From NCBI GenBank assembly GCA_964016885.1, contig OZ024743.1:348750001-348814000 (forward strand): 64,000 nucleotides of DNA, written 5' to 3'. Origin of the DNA: Eledone cirrhosa. Its lineage: Eukaryota. Position 1 is the first letter of the stretch. The number at the start of each line of letters is the position of its first letter. Shown here piece after piece: positions 25,170 to 39,084 of the stretch. The notes below the pieces were generated by a model. It searched no databases and was not told the DNA's origin. It worked only from the letters and a program-made list of their open reading frames with translations. A program made the position numbers and the translations under genes.

Positions 25170-27050
25170 ATAAAGATGCCTATCGTCGGCACCCCCTCGT
25201 GTCCTAGCAAGGGGATCACCATCCCTTCCCCTTATTCATTTTTCCCTCTTATGTTGGTGGTGAACATGGCTGTAGAGGTCCAGTCTACTCCTGAAGCGTC
25301 GTGAGCGGGAGTCACTGTGGAATGTTATTGGTAGACGTGTTTGCGCGAGTCGAGTCTTCCTCGTAGCTCTTCACGTCAACAGTTGGATTCGAAATTCTTG
25401 GCCCCGATTTGGAGCAACGGTTTACCCTATCTCAGAATTGATGTTGGCTTGTGGCAGTGTTAGCTTTAACTGATCATTGAAGCGTCGATTTGGGACTCTC
25501 CGTATCCTCCACATTGTGGCGAGTACTCCAAAGAACATGGCGTGAGGGTGTCGAGTGGAGTGCATTCTGGACACGTGGCCCACCCAGGGAGGAAATTTTG
25601 AAGGATTGCAGCCACGATGATAGGGATAGACTTTTTAGAGAGGACCTCGTTGTTGGTAATGCGGAAGATTCTTCTAGGCTTCGTTTATTGAGAGTGCTCT
25701 AAATGTTTAATATCCCGACGATACAAGGTCTAGGTATCTCAGACGTACAGAAGGGTAGGGAAACCATGGCTCGAAAGACCATGGTTATGGTTCATATGGT
25801 GAAGCCCTGATTGCTGAAGACCCGGTGTAAGCATGCGACTCTTTGATCTTGCTGCCAAGGTCTTTCTCGCAGGTGATGCTGTTCGCGAAGATGCTACCAA
25901 GGTTGGGAATTTCCTTGACGATTTCTTCCGGCTGTACGTAGATTTTGACTTCCGGTGATGATTGGTCAGCGGCTGGTTCGGCGAGGATCTTCGCTTGCTT
26001 TTCATAGACCTGTATTCTGAAACGTTTGTAAGCTTTGTTGTGGAGGTTTGCCTACCTGTGTAAGTTGATGGTAGTCTGGTGCACTGTCGCAATATCGCCT
26101 GGTTACTGAAGTTCTCGCACGCGAGTGATGTTACTTGTTGTACGAAAGCAAGTCGTCTGGGGTTGAAAAGTCCGCCATCCAGTCTATGCCAACGACATTG
26201 CTGTCAGGGGGCATTTTGTCATTAATGGCAGCAAGATACAAGAAGAAGAGCGTTGGAACCAACACACAGCCATGCTGTCTGCCTCCAGTGATGGGAAATG
26301 GGTCCAAGGGGCACCGTTATGGTTCACTCGACCTTCCATTCCACCTTGGAGTATACGGATCAGAGATCAGGAGTAGTCCAGGCAGCCAAAGTGGGTAAGA
26401 GTGGCCCACATTGCTGGTCTTGTTTCTTTTTCGAAGGCTTTCTGCAGATCCCAAAACATGAACACCATTGAGTTCTTCTGCTCACGGCTCTTCTCCTTGA
26501 ACTATCTCCCACAGAAGACCATACCGACAATACTTCTTGGAGGCCAGAAACCACATTTGGATTCTGGAAAACACTCTTCTGCTAGGGGGGGGTCAATTCA
26601 GGAGGATTCGTGCGAAGATCTTGCCAGTGATTCTTTGGGTGGGTATGCCGTGATGGTTTCTGCGGAGAGATCGGTTTCCTTTTTTGAAAATTATCACAAT
26701 GCTGGCATTTAAAAAATCTTCAGTGAAGGTTTTAGCTCAGCAGATTTTCAGTATTAGGAGCATTAGCCGGGTCTTCAGTTCAGGACTACCATTGGAGAAG
26801 AATTCCAAAAGTATATTGCCACCTCCGGGAACTTTTCTGGGTTTCATGATGCGGAATGCTTCTTTCAGTTCTCAGAAGGCTGTGGGGAGTGACATTCAAT
26901 GCCAGAAAGGGCGTTACGGGGAGCTGTTCTGCAAGAGGTCTTCTGAAAGTGATATTTTGAGCGGACTCAGGATCAGTAAGGATGGTTGTACCGGCTAAGT
27001 CCTTAAGGACTGCCACATATTATTTGACGGGGCCAACAAGAACACTATCA
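25170..27050 (-). mobile_element. Decayed RTE-clade (BovB-like) LINE ORF fragment
   Basis: Minus strand: LPESKCGF, ICRKPS (degenerate DxxKAF region), GGRQHGCVLVPTLFFLYLAA, KFPTLVAS, TLLYVxETxT. Confidence 0.7.
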
Positions 27051-27829
27051 CGCAAGGAAGACGTGTGTGACGATGGTGAGACGTAACAAATCGTTTTCCA
27101 CAATAACAAAAGAATCAATAATTGGTGGTGTAGGTGGTGAGGGTGGTGAGAGTGGCTTTGTTGCCAATGGTCTTATAGTGGACACAGTGAACCATATGAC
27201 ATTATTTATTGTTCTTGACACCTACACAAATAAACTATTCCCACAACACCGGAACAATAGATGCGACGATGTACATGTTCACCTTCTGACCATACCCATA
27301 GCTGTATATCAAAGTCCCATGCCTTCATCTATTATCTTCTTTTTTTTTCATTTCTTTCGCTCGCTTTATTATATTTTTTATTATTATGATTTACCTATTT
27401 ACTCATTTAATCTGTAACCTTATATTCATATCAATGCAATAATGAAAGGCACCCGTCATTTGTATCTCCATCTACCCAAAATCTTGAACATTAAACGCTA
27501 TGATAATACCAATAGTAACCCTGAAAAGGCAGTGACTTACACCTATATAGAATAGTACGTGAAGGACATTCAAAATCCACCGAGGCTAGCTTTGCATTTC
27601 ATCGTTACGAGATCGATAAAATAAAGTACCAGTAAGGCACTGGAGTGAATTTAATTGAATGTTCTCTTCCTTAAAACCATTATTGCTCTCTGCTCGTTTC
27701 AGATACCAAAGCTGGCGACCACAAGGTCGATTACTACTTCAGTATCTGGAGCCACGTAATAGCATAGAATGCGAAAATATTAGCAACTAAATATCTAAAA
27801 GGCTGAAGTCTGTCTTAAACCAGACGACT

Positions 27830-28072
27830 CATTTGGCCGGTGCTTATGTCGGTTTCATTGCGTGAAGCAACTGACAGTACAAGACTTCCCACTGAACAGG
27901 TCGTCAGTCCATCGCTGGATTAACCCCCCAGCTATTGCTGGTAGTGATTTTCAGCCGAGTATACTGGAGCAACGTGAAATGAAGTGTTTTGCTCAAGAAC
28001 ACAACACTCAATCCAGGCATCGAACCCACGCCATTATGATTGTAATGTAAACGCCCTTCTGCTTTCACCCTA
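27830..28072 (-). mobile_element. tRNA-derived SINE, family B (CORE/V-like central block)
   Basis: Minus strand GGTTCGATGCC B box followed by TTGTGTTCTTGAGCAAAACACTTCATTTCACGTTGCTCCAG; a related block occurs at 60325-60365. Confidence 0.65.
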
Positions 28073-28222
28073 AACGGTATAATCATATATATGTATATAT
28101 ATGTATATGTTGATGTATATATATACCTGCATGTATTTATGTATGCGTTATACACCCAGCATCTATGATCATTTTTATATGCATTCGTAAATGTGTGTAT
28201 GTGTGTGTGAGTGGGTGTGTGT

Positions 28223-28343
<121 letters not shown>

Positions 28344-28759
28344 ATTGCGTGCGTCGGTGATCATTTGGAAATATACTTAATTTCGGTTGACAATCATTTC
28401 AAGCGAACGACGTATCAAACATTTTTATATACATTTATAATATATCATTTTACGGTGTGGGCTGACTGTTTGATATTTTTCTGGTTATAATTATAGGCAG
28501 CGAATATATATTCCAGTTTAGTTGAGAATCTTTCTCATCTATATTTATGTTATTTTTCTTTCATTTGTTAATATGGTCGATATAAGTGGTTGATTATATA
28601 CTGTAAGCAAGATTACGACAATAACTAAGAAATATCTTTGAATAGATGCTTATATATATGTGTGTGTATGTGTGTGTCTGTGAATGTGTGTATGCTTGCT
28701 TGTATATATATATAATTACATATATTTAAATATATATATATCTCACTAAGTCTCTCTCC

Positions 28760-28808
<49 letters not shown>

Positions 28809-28814
28809 TCTCTC

Positions 28815-28887
<73 letters not shown>

Positions 28888-29464
28888 ATATATGCATACA
28901 TATCTTTGTGTGTGCATATATATATATAACATATAAAATCTTAGAGTCTATAATTTATATTTTATTTGGAAAATAAAAAGAAGAAACAAAAGAAATAAGC
29001 TACGTTAAAGAATCAAGCGCAATAGTATACTCGTTGAAATGCTCTTACTTTTATATCCAATTTACATTTCTGTATGAAAGAAAAAAATGGTTTGATATTC
29101 TTTATGTGAATCCAAATAAATATTTTCTATGCTGAAAAGGATTTATTGACTGTTAATTATTATATCTCGACTTCCTAAGCTGTCAGAGAAACGCCAATCA
29201 TTTTGTTCACTTCTTCCATCTTGAATTTGAAAATGGCGTATTCTCTTTCAAATTTTCTATTAGTCTCTTTTATTTCCTTTTTAGCTGAGTTTTGTTTCCA
29301 CCTCATTGGAGTGAATGTATACCAACACATACTCTCGTGACAAATATACTCTCTTACATCAACACATATATATGCGTTTGCAGAAAGCACCCAGAAACAC
29401 AAACGAGCAGTCACACTTACGCATCCATGATATATACACATATACACATAATCGGACAATCATA

Positions 29465-29601
<137 letters not shown>

Positions 29602-29723
29602 TTATTTATTTATTCATTAAGATAACAGCTTAAAGCTTAAGCAAAAAATCGCTGCTTTCACCCTTAACGGGATCTTCTCTTATCGAGCCATCTTCGGATT
29701 TTAGTCTTCACCTTTATTATTAT

Positions 29724-29798
<75 letters not shown>

Positions 29799-30578
29799 TT
29801 TGTTATTAATTGCGAAGGGCAGGAGTAGTTAATTCCTTTTATTCATAATCTGGCATAATGCGTATTTCTGTCTCTTTAATAATTACATAATATTCCCACC
29901 ACGCAACCCGCAACAGGACTACCTCAAATAGCATCTCAACTAATATGATTGTTATCTAATATGTTAATACAATGCAGGCTATCGAAGAGGGTACGGACAA
30001 ATTTGATGTATGTTCTATGACAGTCCATCGCCTTATAGAATCATGTTTCAGATTTTTAGCCGTGGGAGTGGGTGCTTAATTTACTACTCACTAACCAAAT
30101 ACAATCTGTATGTTGTTTAGAACTTGCTATTGTTGTTCATCTCAAGCTTCCTAATCATTCTTCACTTTGGTAAGATATTTCGACTTGAAAATGACAAAAA
30201 CCTTAGCGAAAAAATGTATTTGTTTCTACTGGAATTGTATGGTTTAGCGGCTGATAATAGATGGCTGTATAGCATAGTAGTGTTCAAATGGCATCATGCA
30301 GCTTCCTCCCACTAGGACCACTGATGTCCAGCAAGATAACACAGGTCAATCAACTGATCCCACATGCGTTTATTGATAAATAAAATAAATATAATTATGA
30401 AAAATAAATTAATAGATTAACATTTAGGTGTTAGGAGTCTATAATTAAAAATGTTAATCTAACTCGGTGAACTATAAAAGCTATGTAAAATATATGTATA
30501 CGATAATCCACAAGAAGAGAATAACAAGGAGTAAAAGATATGCGGTTTTCAAATTAACACTTTAAGAATATATATATA

Positions 30579-30740
30579 TAATACAAGGACGAATGGTAAA
30601 GCCTTCATTACGTTTATTGATTGGTGACGGGCGTTTCGCTATTGATCAGCTCCAGGTTTGATACTTGAGCTGATCAATAGCGAAACAAGCGTCACCAACC
30701 AATAAACGTAATGAAGGAGTAACCATTCGTCATTGTATTA
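30579..30740. mobile_element. Fold-back element, about 74-bp arms, decayed hammerhead at the axis
   Basis: Arms 30579-30652 and 30667-30740; right arm begins GA GCU GAUCAAU AGC GAAAC AAGC GUC ACC; the CUGA part is damaged. Confidence 0.75.
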
Positions 30741-30757
30741 CTATATTACACTCTTTG

Positions 30758-31208
30758 AGGGCGGTGGATTGGCAGTATCGGTAGAGGGTCGGACGCCATT
30801 CTTTGCAGCATAGAGTTACGGCTTTTATGATCTGAGCTCATATCCCGCCGACGTTAACTTTGCCTTTCATCCTTATGGGGTCGATAAAATAAAGTACCAG
30901 TAACGCACTAGGGTCTATTTAATCGACTTCCCCTCCCCCCCAAATGACAGGACTTGTGCCTATATAAGAAACCATTATTATATAACACTCTAGGGCGGTG
31001 GATTGGCAGTATTGTTAGAGCGCCAGACACCATGCGTTTTTGCATAGAGTTATGACCCATCATGATCTGAGTTCAAATCTCGCCAAGGTTAACTTTGCCT
31101 TTCATCCTTACGGGGTCGATAAAATAAAGCACCAGTAATGCACTGGGTCGATTTAATCGACTTTCCCCCTCCCCAAAATGGCCTTGTGCCTATACTAGAA
31201 ATCATTAT
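30758..31208 (+). mobile_element. Two tandem full-length SINE family A copies (30758-30978, 30992-31208)
   Basis: Both have head, B box, core and CCCCTCCCC-containing tail; similar ATATWACACTCT flanks. Confidence 0.9.
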
Positions 31209-32066
31209 TATATTCCATTCTGTCTAGCTCTACACCTCGATACTGACGTGAACCAAAACATTGATTGATTAGCTGGGTGAACCTACAGTAATTTCGCGTT
31301 TTCCCTTCCTTCTACGGTTAGCTATCCTCTTTGTTGTTATCTTGTTTCACTCGCTTTACGCGTTTTAATTGTCCTAATAACTTAATTTAGTTATTATTGC
31401 ACCGACGTGAGGTATATGATTTTTAATGCAATGAAATATCTATGATCGTCGGCAAATCACTGATGAGGGACTAATTTTATTACATGTTATCCATGTGCAA
31501 CCAGCAGTATTCTTCTCCCCATTTTTATATATATATATATATATATATGATGATGATTTGAAAATATATCCCGCATGTCTAAGATCATATGAAATGAATT
31601 TTAAAAATATCGACGAAAACAACGGAAAACATGAGGAACTACCAAAGTCGAGTGATAAGGAGTAACTGTCCTGTGTTTTCTCCATTTTCACATGGTTTCC
31701 CACCTTTACTGAAATTATTTTATATGATCTTAGCCATGCCGGACATTTTTTTCAAGTTTATCTGAGCCTTTCACTTTCTCACTTCTCCTTCTGTGCATAT
31801 TTTCTCTTTTTGGCAAGTATTTTGAGCGATGTTTATATCTCTTCTTTCCAGTTGCAGTAGACTGGTTTTCGGCAAATTTTATTTTTAGTCGAAAGGTAGA
31901 TCGTTCACTCGGTCTTGTGTCCATTTTCTACTGTCCCCTGTGTATTATTGATATAACCCTTAAAAAAACGAAACAAACAGCATTTCCATGGGTGGGCTGT
32001 TGAGAAAAGATTATCATGTGTTTCGTTCGTTTTTCCATTGTCTTCCCCAAACTTTTTGAATTGATA

Positions 32067-32176
<110 letters not shown>

Positions 32177-33035
32177 ATGTGTGTGTGCGTGTGTGCGTGT
32201 GTGGGTATGTGCGTTTGCGTGCCTGTGTGTGTATGTGGCGTGTGTGTGTGCAAACAAAATATTTTTATGTGAAGCCTATTTTTTATAGTTTGCAAACTTC
32301 AGTTGCTAGGATTCATTAGTAATAATACTACACCTTAGCGTTTATTTAGAAAATTTATAAAATGCCTAAGTATTTCATACATCCTCATATCTGATGGTGA
32401 TAAACAAATATGAACCGCACTTCCATCGGTACTGAATCAGCTTTGATACTATCATTGCTTAAAACAATAGAAGCGAGACCATATGCATATTCCTTATACA
32501 TAAACAAATTGTAAATAGATTCATATACGCTGTTAATAGGATTAACCAAAATAAATCTAAACATATTAAGTGAAATGTACCTGTGCTACTAGGTTGCATT
32601 TTACATTTTAATTCCCCTTACTCATTACTTTACATCTGTTTAAAAGTAGAACGAAAAAAACTGATAGATCAGTGCAAAAATTAGCAGATTAAGACGGCCA
32701 TTTCGATACAACTCTAGTATTCTCTGCCTACCAGTGTACAGTCGTGTACATTTACTTAGTAAAATTACTTATTTCATGAATATATAAGTAATAGTGAGGA
32801 CGTGCTTCGATAATGAAGTCATAATAAGACTAAAGCATGTCCCCCTTACATACACAAACCTCATTATCAGACTGGTACAATATTTCATCGACCCAGAAAG
32901 GAGGACAGGCATAAGATCAGTGAATCTGTTAATTTGCCATCAGTGTATTATTGGTACATTATTCAACCAATCCAGAAATAATAAAAGACAGAAAATAAAG
33001 CACGTTCTACTAAATAGCCACTATTATTTAAATGG

Positions 33036-33160
33036 CCCTTGCCATTCTGATTTCAAATCCCACCGAGGTTAACTTCGCCTTTCATCCTTATGGGGTCGAT
33101 AAAATAAAGTACCAGTAATGCACTAGGTAATTGCTGGCCTTGTGCCAAAAAGTAGAAACA
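33036..33160 (+). mobile_element. SINE family A, 5'-truncated, TSD ATTATTTAAATGG
   Basis: Direct repeat at 33023-33035 and 33161-33173. Older degenerate minus-strand copies lie nearby (about 32860-33000, 33230-33360, 33640-33860). Confidence 0.85.
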
Positions 33161-34041
33161 ATTATTTAAATGGTACTTAAAAGGCAAATGTTGGACACGA
33201 GTGGTTAAACCATTCCCAGCACTTAGCGGGTATTTATTTTATTGCCTTTAGAATGATGAAATGCAAAACCCACATCAGCAGTATTTAAAATGAGATCTTC
33301 AAGAGTTGTAACTCAATACAAGGCATTTTGTTCGCCACTCTACTAATTCAACTAATTTCCTCTTTCCCCTCCTTTTTCTGCTGCTACTGCTGCACTTTCT
33401 TCTGCACATATTCCTCTTACTTCTACGACGACGACGATGACGTCAACATCAGCAACATTAGTGAAAACTGACTATTTTAGAAGAAACAAGATAGTCAATT
33501 AACTCAGACTTAGTCCTTCATTGCCATATATTTTATTATGCAAGAAATTATAAGAAAAAGTGTCTTATATGGGTTATGAACTCACAGCTTAATTGGCTGA
33601 CACCTAAACACCATCCTCCTACCATTATCATAACAATGATTTGTAATTTAGGCACAAGGTTAGAAATTCAAAGGATATGTCTATTTAAATCATATAGAGT
33701 CTATATGATATAAATAGATATATCCTCTATATTATAGACCATGAAAGGATAAAATGCAAAGTTGATTTTACGAAATCTGATCTCAAGACGTAGAAAACGA
33801 AACAAATAATGGATCGGTTTGCATCTGGTCTTCTTGCGATTCGACCAGTCTATAGTAATTATGTTAACGATGACAACGATGACATACTAATGGTGCTGGT
33901 GGTGACGATGATGATATTGAGTATGGAGGAGATGGAAGTGGTGGTGGTGGTGCTGCTGCTGCTGCTTGAGATGATGATACTGACGATGATTATGATGATG
34001 ATGATACTGATGATGACGTCGATGATGACGACGACGTCTAC

Positions 34042-34088
<47 letters not shown>

Positions 34089-34152
34089 CGACGACGACGA
34101 CGACGATGATGATACTGATGGAAGTTGTGCAGGTAGTGTTGATGATGATGAC

Positions 34153-34187
<35 letters not shown>

Positions 34188-34746
34188 GACCAATGACTAC
34201 TATGGTGATGGTAATGGCGGTGAGGGAGTCTCTAATGAGAGTGATGATGACGATTCCTATGACGTTGGTAATCGCTGTATGACAAAGAGTTTATAAGGCA
34301 ATACGAAAAAAATCCCGAAAACTACAATATCAATGGCGCTGGTATTCCAGTGACTCCGCAGAATTTGGATTAAATATGGCGACACAGAAATTACAACAAT
34401 AACTCCTACAATAACATTCACAACTAATTCAAAAACAAAAACTAAAACGACAAGAACGAAACAACAGCAACCGCCACAACAACAACAATAGCAAAAATAG
34501 TAACATCAACAATGAAAATAACAACAACGACAGCAACAAATACAAATTTATGTGGCCATTTCAATTGTTTGTTTAAATTGTGCTCCATTTAGATGGACAT
34601 AACTTTCGTCAATGTTATATTTGTACGTCTGTATAATCCGCATCAGACCCAATCATTTCTCTTTTTGCGCTTTTTCTTAATGTCTCTCCTTTCCAATGCC
34701 TTCTTCACCCCCACCCCCTACTTGCTCACTCCTCTCTCTCCCCTCA

Positions 34747-34825
<79 letters not shown>

Positions 34826-34827
34826 GG

Positions 34828-34890
<63 letters not shown>

Positions 34891-34892
34891 AC

Positions 34893-34926
<34 letters not shown>

Positions 34927-35027
34927 ACATACATATATATATATATGTATGTATATGTATGTATATATATATGTACATACATATCTATCTATCTCTCTCT
35001 ATATATATGTGTGTGTGCGCGCGCGCG

Positions 35028-35115
<88 letters not shown>

Positions 35116-35409
35116 CCGTGCGTGCTTTCGTGTAAATACATTTCTATTCTTATATCAATATATCTACCTCCCCCTTTATCTACCTGTTTGTCAGTCCGCC
35201 TGTCTGTCTATTCCGCTATCTATCTATCCGTTTCTCTATTTATCTATGAATCTATCTTTATGTTTATCCCTTAAACTCACACTTCATTCACGCCTCTCTT
35301 TCATTTCCTCACCATAGCTGTGTGATTATATCTCTGACACTCCTTCACCGTTTCACCTTTATAATTTATTTTATTGTTTTGCTCTTATTCTAATGTGTGT
35401 CCCAAAAGC

Positions 35410-35575
35410 CAGGGCAGGGCGTGGCGCCCGGTTGGAGATGGTGAAGAGACCAAAAGGAATTTTCTAGAGGAGCCAATCACTGATGAACATTATTATGATT
35501 CATGTCCGGTCCGAATGCACTTTCTATAAATCCGCCTTCAAGGTCCTATATTGTTTAAACGTGACCTGACTACGC
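35410..35575 (+). promoter_or_regulatory. Candidate Pol II promoter-like motif cluster
   Basis: GGGCGTGGC (35417), AGCCAATCA (35471) and TATAAA (35525) in canonical order within a unique-sequence island. No downstream exon identified. Confidence 0.3.
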
Positions 35576-37235
35576 CTTGGCTTCATTTAAACAACCGATA
35601 TTAATTCACATCTCAAGGTTATTGCCTTTTCTATTGGTTGTGCTGTTGTTGCAGCTGTTCAGATTGCTGCGGTTACTACTGCTGTTGATTGTGCATTTGT
35701 TATTGATGTTGCTGTTTTATTTTTGTTGTTGTCCTTTTTATGTTGTATGTGGTATGTGGTGGTGGTGGTGTGGTGGTAGTAGTAGTGGTGACGGTGTTGG
35801 TGGTGGTATGTGGTGGTGGTGGTGGTGGTGGTGGTGGTGGTGGTGGTGGTAGTGGTAGTTGTAGTGGTGCTGGGGTGATGGTGTTGGTGGTGGTTGTGTT
35901 TTTAGTGGTAGTGGTGGTGGTGTTGAATGTGTTGGTGGTGGTTGTGGTAGTGGTAGTAGTGGTTATTGTTGTTGTTGTTGTAGTGGTGGTGGTGGTGTTG
36001 CTGGCTGTTGTGAAGCTGGTGTCTTTGTTTAAACAGTCCTATGAAAGAAATATAGAGTATTGAATTCTGAGACCCATCGGGGTATATTCAGTAGTCTATG
36101 TATAATGAAATGTTGCACGGGGAAGAAAAGCTGGACAGTATAGTGTCATATTGTTTAGTGTAGTGCAGGAAAATGTTGTTGATAATGTAGTGTCAAGTAG
36201 TGTAGTGGACATACCGAATAACTGAGACATTCATCGTCGAAGCAGATGTAGGTCCTTTAATCTATTATTTTGTTTTTGATAGAATTGACACAATGCTTTC
36301 ATTTATGTCACAGTATTATGCAATACATTCCAATATTCCATGGTAACTCTGAGTCGATTTGCCGTTTTAGATGCATGTGTATAAACTGAAAATATGTATG
36401 TCTTCAGAAGTGTCAATGATCAATTCGCAATCATTTGCGTAAAGAAACATAACTTAATTGACCCCGAGAGGGCGAAAAGAACAATTGACGTCGTTGTGAT
36501 TTGAACTCAGAGCTGGGACGAATAGAACAAGACATTTTGCATTACGCTCTAATAATTCTGCCAATTCCCTGTTTTTTTTTATGTGTTATGCATAAGAATG
36601 TGCTTATATAACAATATTGGCATGCAAAAGAAACGTTATAACAGAAATCTGATTACTGACAGAAAAATTGTATCGATGGCTACGTGTACAAAAAAGATAC
36701 ACAGCTTACTGACAATAAAACGCCACAATTAACATCACTACCAGCAACAACGATGACGATGAAGACGATGATGAAATCGACAATAACATTAGCAATAAAA
36801 CTAAACTAACAGTAGATTAAAGCAAAACAGTCACATCCTGGCCATAGGGGTCAAATTTCCTTTAAAAATAACAACAAAAACCACTTAGGGAAATATAATC
36901 ATAATAATACAAAAACGACTAGATGACCGTAGCTGAAAGACCTTTGAACACAGGTCAACATGAAGAAATATGACCAAGGGCAAAATAAGAGCGAAAACAA
37001 CAACATAACATCTACGACTAGAAAAATAACGAATATACCAGCTGCAGGCAAAGAAGTTGATTGATGCATAATAAAAGCTAAACAATATAGAACCGTCTAT
37101 ACAGTTATCAGTTAAGGCCTGGAGCTCACTAAATTACCCACACTTATACATACGTACACACCTACACACAAGCACATATATATTTTAGCTGTTGAAACGG
37201 TAAAATTTCAGTCGTCGGAATCCGGTCGCTTTATT

Positions 37236-37294
<59 letters not shown>

Positions 37295-37452
37295 CAAATA
37301 GTGAGTTATATGTATATATATAGAGAGAGAGAAAGAGGTGTATATCGTATTTGAATATATATATATATATATATATATATCCTATTTGTATATATATATA
37401 TATATACATGCATGCATACATACATACATACATACATACATACATACATACA

Positions 37453-37483
<31 letters not shown>

Positions 37484-38880
37484 TTATATACATACACACA
37501 TACATACATATCCATTTATATCCATACATATATATGTCCCTGCGAATTTTTATGAATTAAACTAATGCCCATCTGTTTATATTCACATGGGCATGTGCAT
37601 GTGTCTGCGTCTGTGCATGTTTAGCCAATATGTGAATTACTCCGTACAAATTGAGTATAAATGTATAGCTGCATTGCGTGGAACCTGTATATCTGTGTAT
37701 GTATGCTTTGCACATGTGAGTGTTTAAGCCTATGTTACTGGGAGATTGCTAAGCCTATGTATGAGTTACAGCTGGAACTTCGCACTAAATGTAATTAGAG
37801 CAGCGTGATTGAGGGTAGTGTGTAGTAGAATATGTAGCATATAAAGATTGGACCGGCTTAACTGGATTCAATACCTCCGCCAGTCACATCCCTTGCAAGC
37901 GGGGCATGCCCTGCTTTCGCAAATGTAATTATGAAAATATTTAAAGGTCAATAAAACCTGGCTTGTTTTTCAGTCAGAGAACGGTAATATCGGAGTAAAT
38001 GAACTATTTCAACAAAGACAACAATAACAGCAATAACAAAAATCAAGAAAATGACATATAAAAAAAAAATATCAACTACGAATACACCAACAAAAACGAC
38101 AAATGCAACAACAACAACAAATAAAACATTATCGACGACGACAAAAGGCAACAAAAAATACAAAAACAGCAATAAATATGTGTTAAATTTTTAGAATGCG
38201 GAAAACGATGACAACTTTAGCAATAGCAGTGACAACAATATTAACAACAATAATAAGATACAATAAAAAGTACATCAATTTAACAAGAGAAATATAATGA
38301 GCAGCACCACAGTAACAGCAATAACATCAGACTTGAAAACAAAACGTACTACGTGACAGTGTGGGAAAATACCATTTTGTCGTCTCTCGATTTGTTACTA
38401 ATAGCATGCAAAAGATACACTGTAGTCATAAAAAATGGAACGCACATTGGATAATATAGTGTAATATAGTGTAATGCAGTGCTCATGGCTGGAACGGCTT
38501 TGATTGTCTCTTTTCTCAGTTAGAGTTAAACAGGCCTCAAACAAAAAAAATAGCCTTTGATAGATCATTGAATCTCTAATACTAACGACTGTACTCACTG
38601 ACCACCGATATTACCTATTCACTTCGACGTGGAACCTCCTGCTCAAACTCATTAATATTTTCCTTTTTAATTCAAAGGACTCACAGCCTTTATTATTCTT
38701 TTCCTCCAACTAGGAAAACAGGAAAATCTACTTCGTAGATTCGAGACACATACGAGGGCTGCGCGATTTCAGAGACAGGTTTGATCACCACATCGATCAT
38801 GCCTCGAGCTGGTCGCCCCACATACAATTGTAATATGTCCAATAAATTCCTTTCGTCGCAACACTGATTCTCTTTTTCCT

Positions 38881-38912
<32 letters not shown>

Positions 38913-38999
38913 CTGGATTACCTATAACGATAACTTATTATCCCATATACATATATATATACATATATACATTTATATATATATATATATATACTAACC

Positions 39000-39067
<68 letters not shown>

Positions 39068-39084
39068 TAACCCTTAAGGAACAT

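Noticed and set aside
27907-27918. GTCCATCGCTGG shared between SINE B and the satellite unit
   Set aside because: Only 12 bp; the satellite is explained by the LINE RT frame, so this is probably coincidence.
35480-35520. CTGATGA as a hammerhead core
   Set aside because: Followed by GAAT rather than GAAA, with no convincing stems. Isolated CTGATGA/CTGAAGA hits near 31457, 43097, 44603 and 57049 also lack a matching 3' half.
38993-39075. Interstitial telomeric array
   Set aside because: Only isolated single TAACCC units, not tandem.
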